DNA of 64,000 nt. Source: an uncultured Thermoleophilia bacterium. GTDB taxonomy: Bacteria; Actinomycetota; Thermoleophilia; UBA2241. The stretch is from assembly GCA_963751215.1 (NCBI GenBank), contig CAVVTV010000024.1, forward strand, positions 1,052,178-1,116,177, read 5' to 3'. Shown here piece by piece: positions 1 to 7,659 of this stretch (positions are counted from its first letter, which is position 1; each line of letters starts with the position of its first letter). Both the position numbers and the translations under genes were made by a program. The notes below the pieces were generated by a model. That model saw only the letters and a list, made by a program, of their open reading frames with translations, searched no databases and was not told the origin of the DNA.

Positions 1-972
1 GTCCATGCCGGCCGTCACCGGGAGCCAGTCGTCCGCGAACTTCACATGCTCCGCGTAGTCGGGGGAAACGACCACGACCTTCTGCCCCGCGTAGCGCGCC
101 TCGACCATGAAATGCGCGTCCGGCGTGCGCGTGACCGGCACGTTGCTGCCCCAGATCATAAGGTAGGCGGCGTGCCACCAGTCGGCAGACTCAGGCACGT
201 CGGTCTGATCGCCGAGGACCTGCGGCGAGGCCGGCGGCAGGTCGGCGTACCAGTCGTAGAAGGAGTTCTGCACGCCGCCGGTGAGCGCCACGTAGCGCGA
301 GCCCGAGGCGTGTGAGACGGGCGACATCGCAGGGATCGGACTCACGCCCGCGACGCGATCCGGTCCCCAGCGTGCGATCGTGTCCACATGCGCGGCAGCG
401 CAGAGCTCGAGCGCCTCCTCCCAACTCGCGCGCATGAAACCGCCATGGCCGCGCGCGTTCTTGTAGGCGGCGCTCTTGGCCGGGTCGGTCGCGATGCTGG
501 CCCAGGCGTCGACCGGGTCGCCGTGGTCCCGCCGTGCCTCTCGCCACATCGAAAGGAGAGCACCCCGTACGTAGGGATAGCGCACGCGCCCGGGCTGGTA
601 GGTGTACCAGGAGAAGGTGGCGCCTCGCGGGCAGCCCCTGGGCTCCACGTCCGGCATGTCCGGGGAGGTCTCGGGGTAATCGGTCGCCTGGGTCTCCCAA
701 GAGACGATGCCGTCGCGCACGTAGACCATCCAGGAGCACGAGCCGGTGCAGTTGACGCCGTGGGTGGAACGCACTTCGCGGTCGTGACGCCAGCGGTCGC
801 GGTAGAACTCCTCGGAGCGGCCGTCACCCTCGCGCACGACCACGCGGCCGTCGTCGCTAGGCTCGCCGGGCGTCAGATAACGGACCCGCGCGAGCAAGGC
901 CCGCGACGACTCGCCCCGCTCGGTGGGCCGTTTGGTCGCGTCGCCGCGCGCGTTTCTTGTTCGCTGCGTCAC
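1..972 (-). CDS. narG: respiratory nitrate reductase alpha subunit NarG, N-terminal ~324 aa; 3' end lies beyond window start
   Basis: Not in ORF track (no stop within window). Minus-strand translation: ...EFYRDRWRHDREVRSTHGVNCTGSCSWMVYVRDGIVSWETQATDYP...EPRGCPRGATFSWY...GPDRVAGVSPIPAMSPVSHASGSRY...FYDWYADLPPASPQ...VPESADWW...WGSNVPVTRTPDAHF, collinear with the E. coli NarG N-terminus including the H-x3-C-x3-C [4Fe-4S] motif. GTG start at 970-972 follows two in-frame TGA stops and GAGGAGG 9 nt upstream. Confidence 0.85.
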   Translation of the reverse strand, partial: MTQRTRNARGDATKRPTERGESSRALLARVRYLTPGEPSDDGRVVVREGDGRSEEFYRDRWRHDREVRSTHGVNCTGSCSWMVYVRDGIVSWETQATDYPETSPDMPDVEPRGCPRGATFSWYTYQPGRVRYPYVRGALLSMWREARRDHGDPVDAWASIATDPAKSAAYKNARGHGGFMRASWEEALELCAAAHVDTIARWGPDRVAGVSPIPAMSPVSHASGSRYVALTGGVQNSFYDWYADLPPASPQVLGDQTDVPESADWWHAAYLMIWGSNVPVTRTPDAHFMVEARYAGQKVVVVSPDYAEHVKFADDWLPVTAGMD

Positions 973-1246
973 GCCTCCCAGCCTCCTCGCCGGTGGCCTC
1001 GCGCGCTCACCTCATCAACGGCTGCAAGCGAAAGTCTACGGCCTGAGCGAGCCTGGTGCCCTTGACTTCGGTCAAGCCTGCCTGTCCCTACCACGGGGCC
1101 TTATTCCCGACGCGAGCCCATTCATTGCTGTCGCGGTCGCCATCGGTGGCACAGCCTCGCCTACCCGCGGGGTGCAAGTACTCAGGTCACGCCGCGCTCC
1201 TGGGTGAGAAGGACCGGGACTGACTGAGATCGCCCGGGAGGGCAGA

Positions 1247-2062
1247 TCACCCGCCGCCGCCCGTCCCCGCATCCGTTGTGCCGGCCTCGACCGACACCAT
1301 GCCGCCTCTGATCATCCCGTAGCGGTAGTGACGCGGGTGGTCGCGCGAGCCGAGGCCGTAGCAGCCCGGGTCGATGAGGTACAGGCCGGCCGTACGGAAG
1401 TCGGCCTCGGTCCAGTGGCGCAGGACGCTCGGCGTGGTATGGCCGGCGATCTGCTCGATTCCCTCGAGTAAGCGCTCCGGCCCCACGTCGCTGTCGTCGA
1501 CGCGCAGCCACATCGGCGAGTGCCCATCGAGGGTCCGCGGCTCGGGCTGCTTCATGCCCACCGAGAGCTGGCGCTCCACGTCGCGGCGGAACTCCTCGTT
1601 GATCAGTTGCGCCAGGCGTACGGGGTCGCGCCCGACCGCGGCGAAGTCGGGGGCGAAGGCGCGCGCGAGCCCGGCGTGGCTGATCAGCACGCCTTCCACG
1701 TGCGTCACCAGGTTCAGGGCGCCGCTGTTGAAACGTCGCAGCAGTGCCCGGCGGTAGCCCCTGCTGGCCGGCGACTGCTCACCGATGAAGTAGCCGAGCA
1801 TCGTGGCGTGGTCGTGGTCGCCGATCAGCATCTCGGCGCGCAGCTCGTCGAGCCGCTCCAGGCACGCCCCCGGTTGACCGCCGCGGTCGAGCAGGTCGCC
1901 GGCGAACACCAAGTGGTCGACCCCCGCGCGATACCCCGAACGTCGCACGGCGTTCTCGAGGAACTCGGGGAAGGCGTGCACGTCCGAGACGACCAGCGTG
2001 AACGGTGCCGCCGACCGCGAAGCGCCTTCCCGCGCTGCCTCCTGATAGGCCATGGTCACCAT
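1247..2062 (-). CDS. calcineurin-like metallophosphoesterase (Ser/Thr phosphatase-like)
   Basis: ORF 1247..2188, trimmed to the internal ATG (MVTMAYQ). Motifs LVVSDVHAF, FAGDLLDRGG, LIGDHDHA match PPP/ApaH-type phosphoesterase motifs. Confidence 0.7.
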   Translation of the reverse strand: MVTMAYQEAAREGASRSAAPFTLVVSDVHAFPEFLENAVRRSGYRAGVDHLVFAGDLLDRGGQPGACLERLDELRAEMLIGDHDHATMLGYFIGEQSPASRGYRRALLRRFNSGALNLVTHVEGVLISHAGLARAFAPDFAAVGRDPVRLAQLINEEFRRDVERQLSVGMKQPEPRTLDGHSPMWLRVDDSDVGPERLLEGIEQIAGHTTPSVLRHWTEADFRTAGLYLIDPGCYGLGSRDHPRHYRYGMIRGGMVSVEAGTTDAGTGGGG

Positions 2063-2256
2063 GTGCCCGCGACTCGGGCAGCCCAGACGGGAGCACGGGC
2101 GTGGCGGGAATGCGTGAAGGGTACCGCAACGCGAATTCATCATGCCGCGGCCGCACAAAGCGCTTCCTGGCGCACCCGCAGCCGTCATACTTCTAACTGT
2201 TACGCTACTTAGCTCCTGATCACCCAGTGTTCCGAAGGATCCAGAAGGAGTACGCC

Positions 2257-2451
2257 ATGCCCGTCATCACCATTGAAGCGTCCCCACTCTCGCGCGAAGT
2301 GAAGGAGAGGCTCGTCAAAGAGCTTACAGACGCTGCCAGCGAGATCACGACTATCCCCGCAGAGGCTTTCGTCGTCATCGTCAAGGAGAACTCCTTCGAG
2401 AACATGGCCCAGGGTGGCGTGCTCCTCTCGGAGCGACTGAAGAACCGCTGA
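2257..2451 (+). CDS. 4-oxalocrotonate tautomerase family protein
   Basis: ORF 2227..2451. ATG at 2257 gives Met-Pro-Val-Ile (Pro1 catalytic residue of the tautomerase superfamily), 64 aa, AGGAG RBS upstream. Confidence 0.7.
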   Translation: MPVITIEASPLSREVKERLVKELTDAASEITTIPAEAFVVIVKENSFENMAQGGVLLSERLKNR

Positions 2452-2497
2452 TGTGACGTCGGCTCGCGCCGACCAGACCTTCACTGAGAGGAGAACG

Positions 2498-3730
2498 ATG
2501 CAGTATCGAAGCTTCGGCGGGATCGACTTTCGACCGTCGGTTTTGGGGTTCGGAGCCATGCGGCTGCCGCAACTGACGGATGGTACCGCGGCGACAGGCG
2601 ACGCCTACGGCCGTATCGACGTTGAGGCGGCCAACGCCATGTTGCGCCGCGCCGTGGAGGCCGGCGTCAACTACATCGACACGGCCTACCCTTACCACGA
2701 CGGCGCCAGCGAACGCTGGCTCGGCCAGGCGTTGCGCGTGGTGGCCCGGGACCTGTTCGGGCCGGGCGACGCCGGCTTCGCCGAGCTGCGCGCTCGGCTC
2801 AAAGTGGCTACCAAGCTGCCCATGTTCAGGGTCCAGTCGCACGACGACTGTGAGCGCTACTTCAGCGAACAGCTCGAGCGTCTGCAGCTCAACTCGGTCG
2901 ACTTCTACCTGTTGCACGGCCTGCGCGCCGGCAGTGTCGCTAAGCTACGCGAGTACGACGTGCTGGCCTGGGCTGAAGAGGCGCTGGCCGCCGGCCGCAT
3001 CGGCCACTTGGGGTTCTCGTTCCACGACCAGTACCCGATCTTCGAGGAGCTGGTCGACGCCACTGACCTCTGGGAGTTCTGCCAGATCCAGTACAACTTC
3101 ATGGACGAGGAGTTCCAAGCGGGCACGCGTGGGCTCGAGTATGCCGCGGCCAGGGGGCTCGGCGTGATTGTCATGGAGCCGCTACGCGGCGGCCGGCTGG
3201 CGCGGCGGCCGCCGGAGGCGGTCACCGCACTCTGGGCCGCCGCCAACGCGCGGCGCGAGGCCGTCGGCGCGGCGCCGCGCACGCCGGTCGACTGGGCGCT
3301 ACGCTGGGTCTGGGATCACCCCGAGGTCTCCTTCCTGCTCTCGGGCATGAGCAGCATGGAGCAGCTCGAGGAAGACCTCGCCTGCGCCGAGCATGCCGCA
3401 GTGGACGTGCTCAGCGCGGACGAGCTCGACCTGTATCGCCAGGTCCATGACGCATATCGGTCTTGCAGCCCGATCGACTGCACCAACTGCCGCTACTGTC
3501 TGCCCTGCCCCAGCGGCGTCGACATTCCCGAGGTGCTCGGGCTCTACAACGAGGCGATCATCTACAACGGCGGGCCGGCGGCGGCGCGCTTCGCCTACGG
3601 CTGGATCCCGGAGCCGCAGCGCGCCGAGGCCTGCACGCAGTGCCAGAACTGCGAGGAGCTCTGCCCGCAGCACATCGCCATCCCCGAATGGCTCGAGAAG
3701 ATCCGGGAGTTCCTGGCCGTCGGCGAGTAG
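2498..3730 (+). CDS. aldo/keto reductase fused to C-terminal 2x[4Fe-4S] ferredoxin-like domain
   Basis: ORF 2453..3730. AKR body (GFGAMRL, VNYIDTAYPY) plus C-terminal CTNCRYCLPCP and CTQCQNCEELCP cluster motifs. ATG at 2498 with GAGGAG RBS. 2-nt gap from the tautomerase gene. Confidence 0.85.
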   Translation: MQYRSFGGIDFRPSVLGFGAMRLPQLTDGTAATGDAYGRIDVEAANAMLRRAVEAGVNYIDTAYPYHDGASERWLGQALRVVARDLFGPGDAGFAELRARLKVATKLPMFRVQSHDDCERYFSEQLERLQLNSVDFYLLHGLRAGSVAKLREYDVLAWAEEALAAGRIGHLGFSFHDQYPIFEELVDATDLWEFCQIQYNFMDEEFQAGTRGLEYAAARGLGVIVMEPLRGGRLARRPPEAVTALWAAANARREAVGAAPRTPVDWALRWVWDHPEVSFLLSGMSSMEQLEEDLACAEHAAVDVLSADELDLYRQVHDAYRSCSPIDCTNCRYCLPCPSGVDIPEVLGLYNEAIIYNGGPAAARFAYGWIPEPQRAEACTQCQNCEELCPQHIAIPEWLEKIREFLAVGE

Positions 3731-3977
3731 AGCCGGCGTCGACCAGACAGTACTAGCCCCGACCGCTGAGGAGAACCATTCCTAATGGCCAGAAGCGCCA
3801 GGATCTTGCTGGCACAGGCGTCACGGCGCTCAGCCCCCTGGTTGGCCATGCTCGGAACAGGGGACGATACGTGCAAGCGACGCCGTCGGCCGCTCACGAC
3901 CAGCCTTCCGAATCGTCACTCCTCCCTCGACGGGCGAAGTGTCTTCTGGCTCGCAACAGCCATACGATAGGGACACC

Positions 3978-5108
3978 ATGACCGCTTGCCACAAGACATT
4001 ATCGACCGCCCGCGCAGCCCGGCGTCTGGTCTCGTCGCCGCGGCGCCGCTGGTGTGTGGGCGGCGTGGCCATCGCCTTGCTGGCTGCCCTCTTCGTCTCG
4101 CACACGGACCTGGCGCGTATGGGCCGATCGTTCCTGCGCGCCGACTGGCACTGGTTGGCCGTTGCGCTCGGCTTGATGTTTGTCTCGCTGCTGCTCAGGA
4201 GTGTGGCGCTGAAGGTGATCGTCGACGCCCTCGGCGCGCGGCGTGCCCGTCTGAGCGACACCTTCTCTGCGACCAGCATCGGCCTGCTGGCCAACACGGT
4301 GATCCCCGTCCGTGCTGGCACCGTGCTCGCACCGTACACTCTGTACGTGCTGCTGCGCCGCCGGGGGGCTGCACTGCCCTTTGCGACGGCGCTGGGCATG
4401 TCCTTGACCGAGCGGCTCTTTGCCACTGCGTCGTTTGTCGCCCTGTCGCTGCTGTTCGTCTCGGCGCTTTCCGTGCCGGGGTGGGCCGTCGAGGTGCTGA
4501 TCGCCAGCACGGCGTTCGCGGCCACATTCCTCGTCGGTGGGATCGCCCTCGAGCGTCGCCGGCGCAGGCTCGCCGCCGCTCCGGTGCTCGCGGCGCCGGG
4601 AACCGCCGCCGCGAGCGCGCGCCCTGGCGCGCTGCGACGCCACTGGCCAGAGCTCGTCGACAGCCAGCGCATCATGGGCAAGCCGTGGTCGGCGCTGCTT
4701 GTCGCTGCCATCCAGACGGTTGCCTGGTTGATCCAGCTCGCCGCTGCCTGGGCCGCGCTCCAGGCGTTCCACCTGGGCGGCGCCGGCCTGCGAGGCGCCG
4801 CCCTGGTGCTCGTGCTCACCAACCTGATCGGCCTGGTGTCGATCACCCCCGGCAACGTGGGCACGTTCCAGGCGGCCGCGCTGGCGGCGCTCGCAGTCTC
4901 GGGCGTGGCGGCCAGCCCGGCCGTCGCCTACGCACTGGGACTGCAGGGCCTGCAGCTGGCGGTTGCGACCGCTGCCGGGCTCGCGTCACTCAGCCTGCAG
5001 GACCTGACTCTCGCCGACCTTCGTGGCAAGAGCCGCCAAGCCGCGTCGCTGCTCTACCGCGGCGAACAGGCACCGCCCACGCCCGCCGAGGGGCCCGTCC
5101 GGCTCTGA
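3978..5108 (+). CDS. polytopic membrane protein, flippase-like / lysylphosphatidylglycerol-synthase TM-domain family (UPF0104-like)
   Basis: ORF 3939..5108. About 8 predicted hydrophobic helices. Family assignment is by overall resemblance only. Start could be GTG 3939 or ATG 3978. Confidence 0.55.
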   Translation: MTACHKTLSTARAARRLVSSPRRRWCVGGVAIALLAALFVSHTDLARMGRSFLRADWHWLAVALGLMFVSLLLRSVALKVIVDALGARRARLSDTFSATSIGLLANTVIPVRAGTVLAPYTLYVLLRRRGAALPFATALGMSLTERLFATASFVALSLLFVSALSVPGWAVEVLIASTAFAATFLVGGIALERRRRRLAAAPVLAAPGTAAASARPGALRRHWPELVDSQRIMGKPWSALLVAAIQTVAWLIQLAAAWAALQAFHLGGAGLRGAALVLVLTNLIGLVSITPGNVGTFQAAALAALAVSGVAASPAVAYALGLQGLQLAVATAAGLASLSLQDLTLADLRGKSRQAASLLYRGEQAPPTPAEGPVRL

Positions 5109-5194
5109 GGGCCTCAGGGGCGCGACACCCGAGCGCCTCGCACACGCCACCGTCTCGATCGCGCTCTGCGCCGCCATCTGGGAGACGATTTCCG

Positions 5195-5338
5195 CGTGTC
5201 GTCGTGTCGGGCGGCGAGAAACGCTTCGCACGCAAGCTCAAGGAGTGGGGGTTCGAACCCATCGAGTGCCCGTTCTGGGACTTCGAGACCATCGGCGGCG
5301 GCTTTCACTGCGCGAGCGTCGATGTGCGACGACGTGGC
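5195..5338 (+). pseudogene. C-terminal remnant of an amidinotransferase (glycine/inosamine amidinotransferase-like)
   Basis: Frame of ORF 3986..5413 reads RVVVSGGEKRFARKLKEWGFEPIECPFWDFETIGGGFHCASVDVRRRG, matching the conserved C-terminus (GGGFHC-x-T/S-x-DVRRRG, catalytic Cys) of AGAT/StrB1-type amidinotransferases. The upstream part of that frame is Arg-rich out-of-frame noise, so only about 48 aa survive. Confidence 0.5.
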
Positions 5339-5379
5339 GGGGGCTCCGGCGCGGCGGCATTGCCGACCGCGGCGGGCCC

Positions 5380-6840
5380 TCAAGGGGCGGCCCAGAGGTG
5401 CTGTACGGCGTAGGCGCGCCAAGGACGCCAGCGCGCGGAGAGCTCTTCGGCGGCTTTCGCAGTGTGAGGCACCCCGAGAGCCTCGAGCCCACGCAAGACA
5501 CCGTGGTCGGTGGAGGGAAAGGCATCGGTATCGGCGAGGGCCCGCATCGCGATGTACTCTGCCGTCCAAGGCCCTATGCCGGGGATTGCCAGCAGGCGGT
5601 GGCGCGTCTCGTCACGGTCGGCGCCGCCGTCGAGCTCTATCTGTCGCTCGGTGAGAGCTCGTGACAAGGAGCAGATCGCAACCGCGCGCGCGGCCGGCAG
5701 ATGCAGGAGTGCCGGGTCGGCGTCGGCCAGCGCTTCGGCCGTAGGAAAGGTGAAGGCAAGTGAGCCGAGCGGCTGCATCAGCGGCCCACCGAGAGCGGCG
5801 GCCAGCCGCCCGGCGGCGGTTCGAGCCGCAGCGATCGAAACCTGCTGCCCGAGCACGGCGCGAATAGCGATCTCGGCGCCGTCGGCGGCGCCGGGCACGC
5901 GCTTGCCGGGGGCGCGCCGCACGAGCGGCGCGAGCAGTGGGTCGCGGCCGAGAGCCGCGTCTGTCGTCTGCGGGTCGGCGTCGAGGTCGAGGAGGGCACG
6001 GCAGCGACTCACAGCCGCGGCCAAGTCGCGCAGATCGGCGAGCTGGAGTGTGCCGGCGACATGATCGTTGCGCGGCGTGAGCTGCACGATAGCGTTGCCG
6101 TGTCGTAGGCGCAGCGAGCGCCTGAACGTGCCGCCTGAGACCTCCTCCACGCCTTGCACGACGCGCGCGCCGAAGAAGCCGAGCAGGCCATCGGCATCGA
6201 GAGGCAGACGGTGCGGCAACCGCAAGACGATCGCGCCAAGGGGGACGGCCTGGTGCCGGCCGGCGGCGCGCAGCCTTCGGCGCCGCCGCCGCAGCGCTGT
6301 CGGCGTGAGGGCGAACACGTCGCGCACGGTGTCGTTGAACTGCCGCAGGCTAGCGAACCCCGCGGCGAAGGCGACCTCGGCGAAGCGCAGGTCCGTGGTC
6401 TCTATGAGCAGGCGCGCGGTCTGGGCGCGCTGGGCGCGGGCCAGACCGAGCGGCCCTGCACCGAGCTCATCATGCAATAAGCGGCGTAGCTGCCGCGGGC
6501 TGTAGGCCAGCCGCCGGGCCAGCCCCTCGACGCCCTCGCGATCGACGACGCCGTCGGCGATGAGCCGCATGGCGCGCCCCGCAGTATCGGCGCGCAGGTT
6601 CCACTGCGGCGATCCCGGCGAGGCGTCTGGGCGGCAGCGCAGGCAGGCTCGGTAGCCGACCGCCTGCGCCGCCGCGGCCGTGGGGTAGAACGTCACGTTC
6701 TCGCGCTTAGGCAGCCTCGACGGGCAGCTTGGGCGGCAGTAGATGCCGGTCGATGAGACGGCGACGTAGAACCACCCGTCAAAGCGCTGGTCACGGCTTT
6801 GCATGGCACGGTAGCAGGTGTCAGCTGCGGGCAGCATCAT
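5380..6840 (-). CDS. adaA-alkA: bifunctional Ada-N (methylphosphotriester-DNA methyltransferase, AraC-type regulator) / DNA-3-methyladenine glycosylase II (AlkA) fusion
   Basis: ORF 5380..7059 trimmed to ATG ATG at 6838-6840 (MMLPAAD). N-terminal FDGWFYVAVSSTGIYCRPSCPSR and CLRC Zn-binding Ada domain, AraC HTH, C-terminal HhH glycosylase (LLAIPGIGPWTAEYIAMRAL). Confidence 0.85.
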   Translation of the reverse strand: MMLPAADTCYRAMQSRDQRFDGWFYVAVSSTGIYCRPSCPSRLPKRENVTFYPTAAAAQAVGYRACLRCRPDASPGSPQWNLRADTAGRAMRLIADGVVDREGVEGLARRLAYSPRQLRRLLHDELGAGPLGLARAQRAQTARLLIETTDLRFAEVAFAAGFASLRQFNDTVRDVFALTPTALRRRRRRLRAAGRHQAVPLGAIVLRLPHRLPLDADGLLGFFGARVVQGVEEVSGGTFRRSLRLRHGNAIVQLTPRNDHVAGTLQLADLRDLAAAVSRCRALLDLDADPQTTDAALGRDPLLAPLVRRAPGKRVPGAADGAEIAIRAVLGQQVSIAAARTAAGRLAAALGGPLMQPLGSLAFTFPTAEALADADPALLHLPAARAVAICSLSRALTERQIELDGGADRDETRHRLLAIPGIGPWTAEYIAMRALADTDAFPSTDHGVLRGLEALGVPHTAKAAEELSARWRPWRAYAVQHLWAAP

Positions 6841-6862
6841 AGGCCGAGTGTACCCCACCGAG

Positions 6863-6876
6863 CGAGCGTGCGCTCG
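6863..6876. promoter_or_regulatory. perfect 6+2+6 inverted repeat CGAGCGtgCGCTCG in the adaA-alkA/ogt divergent intergenic region (candidate operator)
   Basis: Palindrome read directly, centred about 35 bp upstream of the ada start and about 125 bp upstream of the ogt start. Confidence 0.35.
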
Positions 6877-6993
6877 CGGAAATCGGTCGGGCAGGGCGCA
6901 CTGGTGCCACCCATCAGATCGTGACCGAAACCCGCCGGAACACGCCGCTGGCACCTGCCACAGTTGAGGGGCATTCGAGACAGGAGGACGAAC

Positions 6994-7593
6994 ATGGCGT
7001 CGCCGCTGCGTGCAACGAGAGCAACCGGGCACGACGAGCTTCTCGTCGCCTCGCCGCACGGGCAGTTGCTACTCAAGGCCAAAGACGACAGGCTCACCGA
7101 GGTCACGCTTACGGTACCCCGGCCAAACGGCGACGCGGCGAGTGCCGCCGCGGCCAGAACCACCGCCGTGCCGAGTGCAGGCTCCACGCCGGGCGCCGGC
7201 GGCGTGCTGGCCGAGGCCGCTCGCCAGCTTGCCGCGTATTTCTCCGGCGAGCGGCGCGAATTTGACCTTCCGCTGTGTCTTGTCGGGACGCCGTTCGAGT
7301 TGCGCGTGTGGGCGGCACTGGGAGAGATCGGGTATGGCGAGACCGTCTCGTACGGCGAGCTGGCACGACGTGTGGGCCGGCCGGCTGCGGCCCGCGCGGT
7401 CGGCCGCGCTGTCGGCTGCAATCCGATCGCCATCATCGTGCCGTGCCATCGCGTGGTTGGTGCAAGCGGCAAGCTCACCGGCTATGCGGGCGGCCCTGCG
7501 ATGAAGGCTAGGTTGCTCGCCGATGAGGCGGTGGTCATGCCGCCTGCAGGCCCTGGGTCGCAAGACCATCGAGAGCCGCGCCGATCAGCTTAG
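6994..7593 (+). CDS. ogt: methylated-DNA--protein-cysteine methyltransferase
   Basis: ORF 6964..7593. ATG 6994 with AGGAGG RBS. PCHRVV active-site motif and the helix-turn-helix of O6-alkylguanine transferases. Confidence 0.85.
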   Translation: MASPLRATRATGHDELLVASPHGQLLLKAKDDRLTEVTLTVPRPNGDAASAAAARTTAVPSAGSTPGAGGVLAEAARQLAAYFSGERREFDLPLCLVGTPFELRVWAALGEIGYGETVSYGELARRVGRPAAARAVGRAVGCNPIAIIVPCHRVVGASGKLTGYAGGPAMKARLLADEAVVMPPAGPGSQDHREPRRSA

Positions 7594-7659
7594 CCCGCTC
7601 TCCTTGGAGTCGCTGCGCCTGGGTCTTGCGGTGCGCGTCGAGGAGTACCTCGCCGCCGC

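Noticed and set aside
3830-4864. Long Arg/Ala/Pro-rich ORFs on the strand opposite to real genes (also 19289..20305, 19312..20592, 31239..33029, 34923..35921, 44640..45704 and others)
   Set aside because: Typical antisense or out-of-frame artefacts in 70% GC DNA. They have low-complexity Arg/Pro/Gly composition and no motifs, and they overlap well-supported genes (membrane protein, ChrA, MFS, BNR protein, FtsH).
5245-5262. tRNA-like T-arm sequence GGGGGTTCGAACCC
   Set aside because: No acceptor or anticodon stems can be built around it. It simply encodes WGFEP within the amidinotransferase fragment.
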